From: a bacterium
GTDB taxonomy: Bacteria > Patescibacteriota > Minisyncoccia > Phycocordibacterales > Phycocordibacteraceae
NCBI GenBank assembly: GCA_037200965.1
Contig: JBBCGK010000001.1
Coordinates: 256,001 to 320,000 of the forward strand
DNA length: 64,000 nucleotides
Direction: 5' to 3'
Below are positions 8,544 to 18,510 of the stretch, in pieces (position 1 is the first letter of the stretch; every line of letters starts with the position of its first letter). Position numbers and translations under genes: made by a program. The notes below the pieces were generated by a model. It had not been told where the DNA came from. It was given only the letters and a program-made list of their open reading frames with translations, and searched no databases.

Positions 8544-9074
8544 TTAGGGAGCGGTAAATACGATGCCGTAGTGATGGGGGCCGGCGCTGAACTTCTTAAC
8601 CACATGGAAACCGGCGGCGGCAAAGACCGCTTCGGCCGCTTGTTCGTTCACCACGTGTGAAGGGTCCGGGCCGAGCCCCCCGTACGCTCCGGCCCAATCG
8701 ATGACCAGAAGCTTCCCTCCGGGCTTAAGAATACGGCGCAGTTCGGCCGCGACTATCGCCTTCTCTTTTATCTGAAACAGCGTGTTGGAAAGAATCGCAC
8801 CGTCGACCGCCTGATCCCGAAGCGTGGTTCCGCGCGGCTTCTCGATATCGCCCCATACGGTTTCTATGGTCCGCACCCCCTGCTCCCGCGCCGTTCCCTG
8901 AATGCGCTTCAGCACATCCTCCTGAACATCGATCGCATATACCCGCCCGTCCACCCCCACGGCGTGCGCCGCGGCAAGGGAATAGTGTCCGCTCCCCGCC
9001 CCGAGGTCCGCCACTTTCACTCCTTCCCTGAGGCCCATCTGCAGTACGTTCGTCTTCGGATCGGCGAAATTCAT
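8544..9074 (-). CDS. Class I SAM-dependent methyltransferase
   Basis: Motif I VADLGAGSGHYSL, and acidic residues after beta-2 (AIDVQED). The stop lies 1 nt before the SBP start. Start chosen at MNFADPK, with a tatact -10-like box upstream; the longer start at 9125 is also possible. Confidence 0.65.
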   Translation of the reverse strand: MNFADPKTNVLQMGLREGVKVADLGAGSGHYSLAAAHAVGVDGRVYAIDVQEDVLKRIQGTAREQGVRTIETVWGDIEKPRGTTLRDQAVDGAILSNTLFQIKEKAIVAAELRRILKPGGKLLVIDWAGAYGGLGPDPSHVVNEQAAEAVFAAAGFHVVKKFSAGPHHYGIVFTAP

Positions 9075-9194
9075 GCGATCAGTATAGCAAGAGCGCCCGC
9101 GCTGCTGGCGCATAGTCAACAGCATATAAAAACAGGCGGTCTTTCGGCCGTCCGCGCCACAAGCATTGCTTCCGGGAGCGAAACGGCCCGGCGA

Positions 9195-9587
9195 TTAATG
9201 AACGGTCGCCGCGGTGCCTTCAAGAACCACGCGCCCGGTCTTATAAAGCGACACATCGATGCTTCGTCCGGGAGCGACCGGAACCGCAAATGTTTCGAGC
9301 AGTTCCGCGGCGGGCGCATCGGTTTTGTGCCGCTCGTTAAAGCCCGTGATGCCGGCTACGAAATCCGTCGCGGCCATATCCGGGTCCTTGAGCGCTATCA
9401 CCAGCTTCGCCGCTTCCGGAGAGAAGCGGTAGAGAGTGGTCATGTGCGCTTCCATCTGCCCGCGCTCGAGCATGAGCTGGTCGGCTGATTTTTCGATGGG
9501 CGCGAGCGTGCTCGCAACGGAAGCGGGTTCCGCCTTCTTTTCGCTTGGCACAAGCCTCCGAATCAGTCCTTCAAAGGGGTTTGCCAT
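9195..9587 (-). CDS. Hypothetical protein
   Basis: 130-aa ORF with coherent codon usage and no recognisable motif. Confidence 0.4.
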   Translation of the reverse strand: MANPFEGLIRRLVPSEKKAEPASVASTLAPIEKSADQLMLERGQMEAHMTTLYRFSPEAAKLVIALKDPDMAATDFVAGITGFNERHKTDAPAAELLETFAVPVAPGRSIDVSLYKTGRVVLEGTAATVH

Positions 9588-9676
9588 CAGCTAACGGTAG
9601 CACGAACCGAAACGATGGCGAAAAGCCGCTTCAGGGTGTATAAGTAGCGCGGTTAGGAAAGAAGGAGAACAGCATC

Positions 9677-10297
9677 ATGTCCGAAGTATTCCATGTACAT
9701 ACCTTCGCAGGACTGAACGGTCCGCCCGTTCTCGTCGCCTGCTTCTGGCACCCTGTGCTCCTGACCGGAGGTATCGGGTTTTGCATGAAGCAAGCCGATG
9801 CGGAGAAAATCGCGGCGACAAAGTCCCTGCCTGAAGGAGACCGCACCAGTGTCTTGAGCGCGCTCAAGATGCTTCCGAAAAGCAGCCCGGAGTTGGCGTT
9901 CACGTTGAGGGGTCGATATACAGGGTCGTTTATCGGTCTCGTCAACGACTTCAAGCCACTCATCGGTCGCATCGTCGCCCGTCCGCACACGAAACCGGTT
10001 TTTTGGGCCATGTGGCCTCCGGACGCCGATGGGACGGCCGAAACGACACTGATGTGGTTCACCCCAAGCAAAGGTTACGAGGTCGGCGTCGTTTTTTCCG
10101 TCGAACAATTCGAAGCTCTTGTCCACGAACTCGATTCGGCCAATTTGCTCAACGACCAGCTTCGAGCTGAGTTCAAGGCGAACAAGTGGCGCGTCGAAGC
10201 GCGGCGCGGCGAAGTGTGGGAGCCTATTCGCGTCACCGGATCGCCAGCCCGCATCATCTGCATCGGCTCGATGGTTATAGAACGGGCGAAGATGTAA
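9677..10297 (+). CDS. Hypothetical protein
   Basis: Strong SD gaaggagaac 6 nt before the ATG. An intrinsic terminator follows (10320-10357). Preferred over the overlapping minus ORF 9653..10330. Confidence 0.55.
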   Translation: MSEVFHVHTFAGLNGPPVLVACFWHPVLLTGGIGFCMKQADAEKIAATKSLPEGDRTSVLSALKMLPKSSPELAFTLRGRYTGSFIGLVNDFKPLIGRIVARPHTKPVFWAMWPPDADGTAETTLMWFTPSKGYEVGVVFSVEQFEALVHELDSANLLNDQLRAEFKANKWRVEARRGEVWEPIRVTGSPARIICIGSMVIERAKM

Positions 10298-10319
10298 GTG
10301 AGTCGCTGCCTCCCTGAAG

Positions 10320-10357
10320 CCGCCGGGCATTCCTGCCCGGCGGTCTTTCTTTTTCTC
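10320..10357 (+). terminator. Rho-independent terminator
   Basis: Hairpin ccgccgggca-ttcc-tgcccggcgg followed by tctttctttttct. Confidence 0.7.
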
Positions 10358-10361
10358 CTAG

Positions 10362-10670
10362 CTATGCGAGTACGTAAATATCTATCACCGGTTCCTCATA
10401 CGGATGTACGCGTTTGATGGCCGCGATCACCTTCTCAACGAGTTCGTCTTCGCAATTCACTTCTATTCGCTCCTCTTCCACTTCCTCGGGCTTCCCCGCT
10501 TCCCCGATGGCCGGACTCGCGCCTTCCTGTGGTACAAACCTGCCGACGCCTTTGGTACTGAAACTGCAGAATGCATAGTTACCGATTTTTCCCGCACCTG
10601 CTTCTCCCATCGCTTGCCGGACCGTATCGGCAACTTCACCCGCGGGTGCCGTGACGACGATTTTCTTCAT
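10362..10670 (-). CDS. Small PII/CutA-like protein resembling the C-terminal domain of NIF3/YqfO-family proteins
   Basis: A 102-aa protein ending in the ...HPYEEPVIDIYVLA motif that is characteristic of NIF3/CutA-like folds. Confidence 0.4.
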   Translation of the reverse strand: MKKIVVTAPAGEVADTVRQAMGEAGAGKIGNYAFCSFSTKGVGRFVPQEGASPAIGEAGKPEEVEEERIEVNCEDELVEKVIAAIKRVHPYEEPVIDIYVLA

Positions 10671-10679
10671 GTATGTATG

Positions 10680-13600
10680 TTAAAGCGCCACCATCGACGC
10701 GATTGAATCGCCCTCGTAGAGCCGCATGATACGCACGCCCTGGGTCGCGCGGGAAAGCGACGGCACTTCCTTGGCGGTGATGCGGATAACCTGTCCCTTT
10801 TTAGAAACAACGACGATTTCCTCATCCGACACGTCCTTCCCGAGAAGCACTTTCGCGCCGATGATCTCGCCCGTCTTCGGTGTCACCTCTGCCGTCTTGA
10901 TGCCGGAACCTCCCCGGCCTTGCACCTTGTATTCGGAAAGCTCGGTCGACTTGCCGTATCCTTTCGACATGATGACGAGGAGGGACGCGTCCTTGGCTGC
11001 GGCCGAAATCACTTCCGCGGAAACGACCGTGTCGCCCTTGCGCACGCTCATGCCGCGCACGCCTCCGGCGGTCCGCCCCATCGCGCGCACGTCGCCCTCC
11101 TCGAAGCGGATGCTTTGGCCCTTGGCGGTTACGATCGAAACGCTGTCGCTCTCTTCGGCAAGATGCGCGGCAACGAGCTTATCGCCGTCCTTGAGGTTGA
11201 TCGCGATGATGCCCGAGCGGCGTACATCCGCGAAGGACTTTGCTTCCACTTTTTTCACAATGCCGTTTGCCGTCACGAAGAATACCGACAAGGCGTCGCG
11301 CTCGGCGCCCTTGGGGACCGGAAGTACCGAAGTCACCTTCTCGTCACCGGCAAGCGGAAGGAAGTTCATCATGCTCTTTCCCTTGGTCGCGCGCTTCCCT
11401 TCGGGGATCTCGTACATCTTGAGCTGGTATGCCTTGCCGTAGTCGGTGAAGAAGAGGAGGTCGGAGTGCGCCGAGGCCGCGAGGAAGTGCGTCACGACGT
11501 CCTCCTCCTTGGTCGAGAGGTCGACGACGCCGACGCCGCCGCGCTTCTGCGTCTTGTATTCCGACGGGTTCGTGCGCTTCACGTAGCCTCCGGCGGTGAG
11601 GACGAGGACGGACTCCTCGTCCGGCACCAGGTCTTCGACGGAGATGTTCTGAACCCCGCCTTTGACGATCTTCGTGCGGCGGTCGTCGCCGTATTTCTCG
11701 CCGATAGCGACGAGTTCCGTCTTCACGACCGCGAGGATGTTCTTTGCGGAAGAGAGTATCTTCTCGAGCTTCGCGATAAGCGCCTGGACCTCCGCCAGTT
11801 CGTCCTCGATCTTCTTGCGCTCGAGGCCCGCGAGTTTCGACAGCCGCATCTCGAGGATCGCCGCCGCCTGAAGCTCCGAAAATGCGAATTTCTTCTGGAG
11901 CGCGAGGGACGCGGCCGGGACATCGGCGGCTTTCTTGATGATCGCGATGACCTCGTCGATATGGTCGAGCGCTTTCGAAAGTCCGAGGAGGATGTGCTCG
12001 CGCGCCTTCGCCTGCCGGAGATCGAATTCGGTACGCCGCTTCACCACTACTCTCCGGTGTTCTATGAAATTCTCGAGAATGCCCTTGAGCGAAAGCGTCT
12101 GCGGCACGCCGTCGACGAGCGCAAGCATGTTGTAGTGGAAAGCGCTCTCGAGCTCGGTGTGCTTATAAATCGTATTGAGGACGGCCTGCGGGTGCGCCGT
12201 GCCTTTGAGCTCGACGACAATGCGGGTCTCAAATGACGTCGTCGACTCGTCGCGCAGGTCCCGTACGCCCTCGAGCTTCTTGTCGCGCACGAGATCGGCG
12301 ATGCGGGTGATGAGGTCGGCTTTATTGACGCGGTACGGGATCGAGGTGATGACAATTTTCGAATCCTTCTTGCCGTCGTCGACGATCTCCGCTTCGCCGC
12401 GCACCACGACCCCGCCCCGTCCGCTTATGTACGCCTGCCTGATATCGGCCTGGTTAAAGGCAACCCCCCCGAGCGGGAAATCCGGGCCTTTGACGAATTT
12501 GAGGAGGTCCTCGGTCGTCGCCTCGGGCTCGTCGATGAGGTGCACGGTCGCGTCGACCACTTCCCGCAGGTTATGGGGCGGTATTGCGGTTGCCATGCCG
12601 ACCGCGATACCGAGCGTGCCGTTAAGGAGAAGGTTCGGCACGGCGGCGGGAAGCACGGATGGCTCCTTACGGCTCGCGTCATAGTTGGGGTTCCATTCGA
12701 CCGTGTCCTTGTCGAGGTCGTTCATGATGTCCTCCGCGATGCGCGACATCTTGGCCTCGGTATTGTGGTTTATGAATCCGTTAGCGACAAAGGAGTGGCA
12801 CTCGCTTCGCACCCGGATCGAATACACAGGAGCTGGTGCCTCGTTCGTTACGGAAGCCACTACATCGAACAAATACCGGTGGCGCGAGAGTTCGCCGAAC
12901 AGCGCCTCGACCGTCGGACGCACATGCGGCAGCACGGCGGAGGCGACGAGCGGGCCATGTTCGGCAAGCGCGGTGTATCGGTCGAAATTATGCTTGCGTA
13001 CGAATCTCCCGATACCCTGATAGCTCGGCGGTGCAAGATGCGAACGCACGTATCCTGCGATGAACGGCACGTAGTCGGTAGCCGATGAGTCCTTGGAGAG
13101 CCGCGCGATCGCTTTGCCAAGCTTCGTTTTCTTGCGCGCGGAAACAAAACCGATCTCGCGCTCAAAGAGGCGGTAGTCATGGAGACCCCGTATATAGAGC
13201 TTTTCGATCGCGCGGTGGCAGTCGTGACGGCGCGTGCTTGCGATGCCAAGGCGCATAAGAACGACCTGCATTTCGTCGAGAAGCGCCGTGCTCTTAGATA
13301 CGACGCTCAATTCCGTCATTTTCGACGAGAAGCTTATGCCGCCGTCGCCTTCAAAATACGCCTGAAGGAAAGCTGCGACGACTGGCTTCGGAGACCGCAG
13401 CACCGAGAACGGGATACGCTTTTCGGGCGATTTTACCGGCGCAAGCCCTATAGCGCGCAGAAACGCAATCACATATTGCGAGTGAATCTCGATGGTGTAG
13501 TACGGCTTCTTACCATAGGAAGACGGTTCGCGCCTGAAGTGGTGCAGGCGGCAGCCAGGAAACACGCGGGCGAAGCGCTCGACGAAGGCCTGGATGAGGT

Positions 13601-14489
13601 CGGGGTCGCTGTTGCAGAACTCCAACTCCTTTTCCTTGATGGTACCTTCCGATACGAGGAGGCCGAGGATGAATGCCAGGTCTTCGGTAAGCTCCGCAGG
13701 CAGCTGCTGTACTGTAATCCGTTTGTTCGCGACTTTCGGAACAAAGGGCGTGAGGGAGAGCGGGTGTTCCGGCCACAAAAGGTCGGGGGTCCGATCCATC
13801 ACCACCACGTCGCCTTCGTCGATATCGGCAAGAAGCTTCCACGCGAAGCGGGGTACGCCAGTTGCCGGATCCTCGTGCCAGATAAGAAGCGGGTGGTTGC
13901 GGGAACCACGGATCCGGTATCCCCGATTGGTTTTGAGGGCTATCGTTGGATGAACGCCGCTATCGAACCACGCATCGGCCGAATTGATCCGGCCGTTCAT
14001 CGAAATCACCCGCGCCTCGATTTCTTCCGTGCCGTCGTCGGATAGTTCCTTGATGGGAACCAGACCCTTATCTGTCGCAACAAGCGTGTCCCCCGTGACG
14101 CAATACCGCATGGCGGCTGGCGAGTCGCCGTCGATCGAGCCGAAATTGCCCTGCCCGATCACGAGCGGATAGCGGTGCGAGAAATCCTGCGCAAGCTTCG
14201 TCATCGCGTCATAGACGCTCGCGTCGCCGTGCGGATGGTATTTGCCGAGCACGTCGCCGACGACAAGCGCGGACTTGCGGAATTTCGCGCCCGCCGTGAG
14301 CCCAAGCTCGCTCATGGCGTAAAGGATGCGGCGGTGTACCGGCTTCAGGCCGTCGCGCACGTCGGGAAGCGCGCGGGAGGTGATCACGCTCATCGCGTAA
14401 TCGACGTAGGAGGTGCGCATCTCGCCCGTGATGCTCTGCCCTATGATGCGCCCGCCAAGCGGTACGGCCGACTGTTCTTCCTTAGCCAT
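10680..14489 (-). CDS. gyrA: DNA gyrase subunit A interrupted by a 447-aa intein; the exteins total 822 aa
   Basis: N-terminus ...[13 protein letters not shown]...GKYHPHGD...SPAAMRY; the C-terminal GyrA beta-pinwheel repeats are intact. The intein lies between AAMRY and TEAKMS. Confidence 0.9.
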   Translation of the reverse strand: MAKEEQSAVPLGGRIIGQSITGEMRTSYVDYAMSVITSRALPDVRDGLKPVHRRILYAMSELGLTAGAKFRKSALVVGDVLGKYHPHGDASVYDAMTKLAQDFSHRYPLVIGQGNFGSIDGDSPAAMRYCVTGDTLVATDKGLVPIKELSDDGTEEIEARVISMNGRINSADAWFDSGVHPTIALKTNRGYRIRGSRNHPLLIWHEDPATGVPRFAWKLLADIDEGDVVVMDRTPDLLWPEHPLSLTPFVPKVANKRITVQQLPAELTEDLAFILGLLVSEGTIKEKELEFCNSDPDLIQAFVERFARVFPGCRLHHFRREPSSYGKKPYYTIEIHSQYVIAFLRAIGLAPVKSPEKRIPFSVLRSPKPVVAAFLQAYFEGDGGISFSSKMTELSVVSKSTALLDEMQVVLMRLGIASTRRHDCHRAIEKLYIRGLHDYRLFEREIGFVSARKKTKLGKAIARLSKDSSATDYVPFIAGYVRSHLAPPSYQGIGRFVRKHNFDRYTALAEHGPLVASAVLPHVRPTVEALFGELSRHRYLFDVVASVTNEAPAPVYSIRVRSECHSFVANGFINHNTEAKMSRIAEDIMNDLDKDTVEWNPNYDASRKEPSVLPAAVPNLLLNGTLGIAVGMATAIPPHNLREVVDATVHLIDEPEATTEDLLKFVKGPDFPLGGVAFNQADIRQAYISGRGGVVVRGEAEIVDDGKKDSKIVITSIPYRVNKADLITRIADLVRDKKLEGVRDLRDESTTSFETRIVVELKGTAHPQAVLNTIYKHTELESAFHYNMLALVDGVPQTLSLKGILENFIEHRRVVVKRRTEFDLRQAKAREHILLGLSKALDHIDEVIAIIKKAADVPAASLALQKKFAFSELQAAAILEMRLSKLAGLERKKIEDELAEVQALIAKLEKILSSAKNILAVVKTELVAIGEKYGDDRRTKIVKGGVQNISVEDLVPDEESVLVLTAGGYVKRTNPSEYKTQKRGGVGVVDLSTKEEDVVTHFLAASAHSDLLFFTDYGKAYQLKMYEIPEGKRATKGKSMMNFLPLAGDEKVTSVLPVPKGAERDALSVFFVTANGIVKKVEAKSFADVRRSGIIAINLKDGDKLVAAHLAEESDSVSIVTAKGQSIRFEEGDVRAMGRTAGGVRGMSVRKGDTVVSAEVISAAAKDASLLVIMSKGYGKSTELSEYKVQGRGGSGIKTAEVTPKTGEIIGAKVLLGKDVSDEEIVVVSKKGQVIRITAKEVPSLSRATQGVRIMRLYEGDSIASMVAL
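12762..14102 (-). mobile_element. GyrA intein at the canonical gyrA-a site, with an embedded LAGLIDADG homing-endonuclease domain
   Basis: Begins CVTGDTLV (block A) and ends VANGFINHN followed by extein T (HN|T). Two LAGLIDADG motifs: [14 protein letters not shown] and [14 protein letters not shown]. Confidence 0.85.
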
Positions 14490-14504
14490 GCAAGCCTATA
14501 AAAA

Positions 14505-14861
14505 TCAGAACGGGATGATCGTCTGCGAGCTTGCGGCAGCAGGTTTCTCTTCGATCGTCGAGCTTGTGCCGCCGTCTACGATCTGGAGCGACGGTGCGGG
14601 CTTTGGGGTGCCAAATCCAGTCGCGGCACCAGCCGCACCGACAAGCTTCGAAAATGCCGATGAGCTCTCCGGGACGGCGGCGATCGCCGGGCGGCTCCCG
14701 CCGTCAAGCGGAACGGGCTTGAGCGCGAGCATGCCGCCGGATATGGTCGCGGCAAGCCAGCCGATCGCAAGGAGCGCGGTAAGTACGCCAGCACTTCCAA
14801 GGGCGATGTTTCTGCGTACGTGTTCCGGTTTGCTTCGAAGACGGTCGAGGTGTTCAAGCAT
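14505..14861 (-). CDS. Small single-TM membrane protein, hypothetical; immediately upstream of gyrA
   Basis: TM segment ALGSAGVLTALLAIGWLAATI and an Ala/Gly/Pro-rich tail. Confidence 0.4.
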   Translation of the reverse strand: MLEHLDRLRSKPEHVRRNIALGSAGVLTALLAIGWLAATISGGMLALKPVPLDGGSRPAIAAVPESSSAFSKLVGAAGAATGFGTPKPAPSLQIVDGGTSSTIEEKPAAASSQTIIPF

Positions 14862-14875
14862 AGGTTAAATAGTTA

Positions 14876-15526
14876 TTACGGGGTCACTACTATAATAGCA
14901 CCGTCGCGCGCAAGCGCATCTTTCTTTTTGATAGTCAACTTGTCCACTTTCTCCGCCGCCCCTCCCTCTTCTTTGAGGAAGGTCTCAAGCGCCTTGCCCT
15001 CCCCCATGCCGCTCCAGTGCATCGGCACGATGATGCGGGGCTCAAGCGATACGGCGAGCTTATGCGCGGCGGACGGATCAAGCACTCCGTCTCCGCCGAC
15101 CGGTACGAACAGTACGTCGATCTCCTCGATAGCCTCCCGCGCATCGGCCGGAAGCTCCGTATCCGAAAGCGCGCCGAGAAACAGGAGGCTCATACCCTCG
15201 AGATCGACCAGATATATGGTATTGACCGCTTCCGCCTGGCCTTTGGCGAGGCCGTACTTGCTCTTAGTGAGAAAGCCCTGGATCGTGACGCCCGAGTGCT
15301 CGTATTCGCCGGGTCCCGAGATAACGAACGGGACTTTCTCGCCGTAGCTTACTTCCGCCGTGCCGTTCATATCGGGATGGTTTCTCGAGACAAGCGCGAT
15401 GTCGGCGCCGAAGCGCGCGGCGGGAAGCGTCCCGCCCTTCGAGATCGGGTCGAAGGCGAGCGTAAGATCGCCGAAACTTACCTTGAAGCACTGTCCGCCA
15501 AGATGCGTGATGACCATGATGTGCAT
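14876..15526 (-). CDS. Metallo-beta-lactamase-fold metal-dependent hydrolase (UPF0173-like)
   Basis: MHIMVITHLGGQCFKVSF... and HxHxDH-type motifs (VSRNHPDMNG, VPMHWSG). The start is probably the internal Met rather than 15580. Confidence 0.55.
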   Translation of the reverse strand: MHIMVITHLGGQCFKVSFGDLTLAFDPISKGGTLPAARFGADIALVSRNHPDMNGTAEVSYGEKVPFVISGPGEYEHSGVTIQGFLTKSKYGLAKGQAEAVNTIYLVDLEGMSLLFLGALSDTELPADAREAIEEIDVLFVPVGGDGVLDPSAAHKLAVSLEPRIIVPMHWSGMGEGKALETFLKEEGGAAEKVDKLTIKKKDALARDGAIIVVTP

Positions 15527-15889
15527 AAGTATACCCTGAATTTTCCGGGATGGTACTGTTTCGGAAGGCTGTTCCATCACTCTCCCGGAAATCAGCCGGA
15601 CAAGGAGGAGCTATGGATACAGGGAACCTCTCCCGGGGAACCCATACGAGATGAAGCGACAGCGCGGTGCGGACGATCATACCGTTTACCGGCATCCTGC
15701 TGCATACGCAGAAGCCGGGGAGTTGTCTTACCAACAATCCGAACACCGCGAGAGGGGGCCTTTTGGGCCCCCTCGCCTTATTTTAAGTTATGCACATGCT
15801 GTTCACCCGAACACTTGCAGGGCAATTCTGGGTGGTATGCTGTCAAGGTTTTGGGGGACATCTCCCGAACATTAGAGGAGTCGTTTGAC

Positions 15890-16030
15890 ATGCCAGCGAA
15901 AGCGGAAATGCAGTTCGCCATCACGGCCGATGTGGCCACCGACGAAGCGAAAAGCCACCAGCACCTCGACGCCGGTCCGGACAGCCCGGCGAAGCGCGCG
16001 AAGAAGGCCGGCCAGGCTCCCACAGCGTAG
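15890..16030 (+). CDS. Small ORF (46 aa) with a Shine-Dalgarno sequence. Low confidence.
   Basis: gaggag 7 nt upstream of the ATG gives MPAKAEMQFAITADVATDEAKSHQHLDAGPDSPAKRAKKAGQAPTA. A hairpin plus T-tract lies at about 16142-16170. Confidence 0.3.
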   Translation: MPAKAEMQFAITADVATDEAKSHQHLDAGPDSPAKRAKKAGQAPTA

Positions 16031-16289
16031 GCGCAAGGCAAAGTGCGCCGCGGTTCCCGGGATTACGCGAAAGCGTTTTTCCGGGTCCCGCGGCCGCGCT
16101 CTCGCCATTTTCTCTCCTGGCATCATTCGACTCCCAATCAAAGGTCCCGTTTACGGGGCCTTTTGTTTTATTACGACATATCCACAGGGGTATTGACAAT
16201 TCAGCACGGGGTGTGCTAGGGTCCCCTAATCGGACCTGGACTGGCCAGGAAGAACCGATACAGTCATCCTCGAGAAAGGGGAAATTCCA

Positions 16290-16805
16290 ATGAAGCACCA
16301 TCACTATGGCTTTGCGCTCGCAGTTGCCGCCATGTTCACGCTCTCGGCTCCGGCCTTCGCCAATGATTCCAGCTGGACGTCGCCCGCGCACTTCAAGAAC
16401 ACGACTTCGGTCGCCGCGATCATCGACGGCTCCTCCGACGCCATCATGAAGGACACGATCACGGCCGCCATCGGCCTCGACATGACGCTCGCGCTCATCG
16501 AACACGATCCGCAGATCAATGGCTACGACGCGATCGCGCTGAACGGCGGCGCCAAGCAGACCACCGTCATCATCCACTACGTCGATCTCGACACCGTGGA
16601 CATGCCGCTGGTGATGAACGACTCCGGCAAGACCGTCGCCATGGGCCCCGCCGGCCTCGGCGCCGATTCTGACAGCCTCATCCAGAAGATCTATGATGCG
16701 GCCGCCACGCTGACCAATCAGATGCGCGCCGACTCCGCCTACCAGCTCGCTGCCGGCCTCCACACGCCGTCGCAGCTCGGGCAGTACGCCGACAAGCTGG
16801 CGTAA
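16290..16805 (+). CDS. Secreted hypothetical protein with a signal peptide
   Basis: SD aagggga, signal peptide MKHHHYGFALAVAAMFTLSAPAFA, and an intrinsic terminator at 16852-16884. Confidence 0.6.
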   Translation: MKHHHYGFALAVAAMFTLSAPAFANDSSWTSPAHFKNTTSVAAIIDGSSDAIMKDTITAAIGLDMTLALIEHDPQINGYDAIALNGGAKQTTVIIHYVDLDTVDMPLVMNDSGKTVAMGPAGLGADSDSLIQKIYDAAATLTNQMRADSAYQLAAGLHTPSQLGQYADKLA

Positions 16806-16959
16806 CTTCCCGAAGCAGACTGGGTGAAAGGTCTGCATAGTAAGTAAAACGGGCGCTCCCTCGGGAGCGCCCATTGTTTTTATGCTTGCCCTTTTTCGTG
16901 CTATGCTTGCAATGCCCGGCTCGATGTTTTATGCCGGCGGCTCATCTGAGGAGAAGAAC

Positions 16960-17079
16960 ATGACTCATTCCCGCGTCGCGACGAACATCGCCTCCGGCTT
17001 CCGCCATCCGACGTACGATGGCCGCCCGAAGGCGACGGGTCTCGACCACGAACTTGATGTCCGAATCCGAACCGGGTGA
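16960..17079 (+). CDS. Small ORF (39 aa) with a strong SD, followed by an intrinsic terminator
   Basis: gaggagaagaac-ATG gives MTHSRVATNIASGFRHPTYDGRPKATGLDHELDVRIRTG. The terminator is gggcgcc-cgggaaacc-aggcgccc plus ttttccctt at 17131-17166. Confidence 0.35.
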   Translation: MTHSRVATNIASGFRHPTYDGRPKATGLDHELDVRIRTG

Positions 17080-17314
17080 GATCTCGAATCGCTCCTGACG
17101 CGTTCCGGTCGGGAAATATCCAATACGGAAGGGCGCCCGGGAAACCAGGCGCCCTTTTCCCTTATTATCTTTAAAGAAGCCGAACTTGGCTTTTTATACG
17201 GATCTTGATAAGGTGTCGGTATCGCGAGCGCGTGATTAGTAAGCGCGAGCGGGCTAACCCTCGAGGCCCCAGGGCCGACAGTACCCGCCGCCGGACCGCG
17301 CCGCCACAATTGTC

Positions 17315-18454
17315 ATGCAAGAAGAAAAGGTTGAGGCGAAGGCCCCAAAGCCTATCGCTCCGTTTGTCATAGACCCTAGGCACGCGATGGCCCCGTTTGC
17401 GGACGCCATCCCTACCCCGCCCTCGGCCGGGGACCTGGTCGAGGGAACGATCATCGCGCTTGCGCGCGGGCGTCTCTATATCGACCTGCCCCCGTTTGGC
17501 ACCGGCCTCATCTACGGACGCGAATATCTCAATGCCGCCGATGTACTTCGCAAGGCGAACGCGGGAGATACCATCACCGCGAAAGTCGTCGACCCCGCGG
17601 GCCGCGACGGATACATCGAACTCTCCCTTAAGGAGGCGCGCCAGGCCGCGATCTGGGGCGAGGCGGAGCAGGCCATCGCCGCGGGCACTATCTATAACCT
17701 CACAGTCGAGGACGCGAACAAGGGCGGCCTCATCCTTACGTGGCAGGGCATCCAGGGCTTCCTTCCCGCTTCCCAGCTCGCGAAGGAACACTATCCGCGC
17801 GTCACCGACGGCGACAAGGACAAGATCATCGGGGAACTCAAGAAGCTCGTCGGCGTCGCGCTTCCGGTTCGTGTCATCACCGCCGACGCCCGCGAGAACA
17901 AGCTCATCTTCTCCGAACGCACCGGAAGCGAGGACCAGGAGAAGGCGTCGCTCATCGACAAGTACCAGGTCGGCGACACGGTCGAGGGCGAGATCACGGG
18001 TACCGTCGACTTCGGCATCTTCGTCAGGATCGAGCAGGGGCTCGAGGGCCTCGTGCACATCAGCGAGCTCGACTGGGGCCTTGTCGAAGACCCGCGCGCG
18101 CTCTTTAAGGTCGGCGAGAAGGTGAAGGTGAAGATCATCGAGATCAAGGAAGGCAAGGTTTCCCTCTCGATCAAGGCGCTCAAGGAAAATCCGTGGAAAA
18201 CCGCGGGCGACCGGTACCAGAAGGGCCAGGAGATCTCGGGCGTCATCATCAAATACAACAAGCACGGCGCGCTTGCCTCGATCGAGGAAGGAATCGCGGG
18301 CCTCGTGCACATCAGCGAGTTCGAGAGCCCGCAGGAGCTGCGCGACAATCTCGAGCTTGGCAAGACCTATCCGTTCAAGATCACGCTTTTCGAGCCGAAG
18401 GACCAGCGCATGACGCTTGCGTTTGCGGGTACGAAGAAGGCAGTGAAGAAATAG
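17315..18454 (+). CDS. rpsA: 30S ribosomal protein S1, short four-S1-domain form
   Basis: Repeated S1 motifs (GxV.G.V..i...G.FV.i..gveGLvHiSE). A strong terminator lies at 18466-18510. The start may be the internal Met at 17387. Confidence 0.8.
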   Translation: MQEEKVEAKAPKPIAPFVIDPRHAMAPFADAIPTPPSAGDLVEGTIIALARGRLYIDLPPFGTGLIYGREYLNAADVLRKANAGDTITAKVVDPAGRDGYIELSLKEARQAAIWGEAEQAIAAGTIYNLTVEDANKGGLILTWQGIQGFLPASQLAKEHYPRVTDGDKDKIIGELKKLVGVALPVRVITADARENKLIFSERTGSEDQEKASLIDKYQVGDTVEGEITGTVDFGIFVRIEQGLEGLVHISELDWGLVEDPRALFKVGEKVKVKIIEIKEGKVSLSIKALKENPWKTAGDRYQKGQEISGVIIKYNKHGALASIEEGIAGLVHISEFESPQELRDNLELGKTYPFKITLFEPKDQRMTLAFAGTKKAVKK

Positions 18455-18465
18455 GTTCGGGAAAA

Positions 18466-18510
18466 GAAAGCGCGAGGCACCCTTCGGGTGCCTCGCGCTT
18501 TCTTCGTTTG
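18466..18510 (+). terminator. Rho-independent terminator after rpsA
   Basis: aaagcgcgaggcaccc-ttcg-ggtgcctcgcgcttt followed by cttcgttt. Confidence 0.75.

Noticed and set aside
9653-10330. 225-aa minus-strand ORF overlapping 9677..10297(+)
   Set aside because: The plus-strand ORF has a strong SD and is followed by an intrinsic terminator. The minus ORF lacks an SD and would run through that terminator hairpin.
10726-14045. Several plus-strand ORFs of 180-440 aa inside gyrA (10726..11442, 10920..12236, 12540..13088, 13179..14045 and others)
   Set aside because: They are antisense to the gyrA/intein coding sequence and have no motifs and skewed composition.
15581-15790. RNase P RNA, SRP RNA or tmRNA in the structured region upstream of the MBL gene
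   Set aside because: Weak resemblance only (for example AGAAGCCGG against the P4 ACAGAACCCGGCUUA). The conserved P4 or domain-IV motifs are not present and the length is too short. It is kept as an unclassified leader or sRNA candidate instead.
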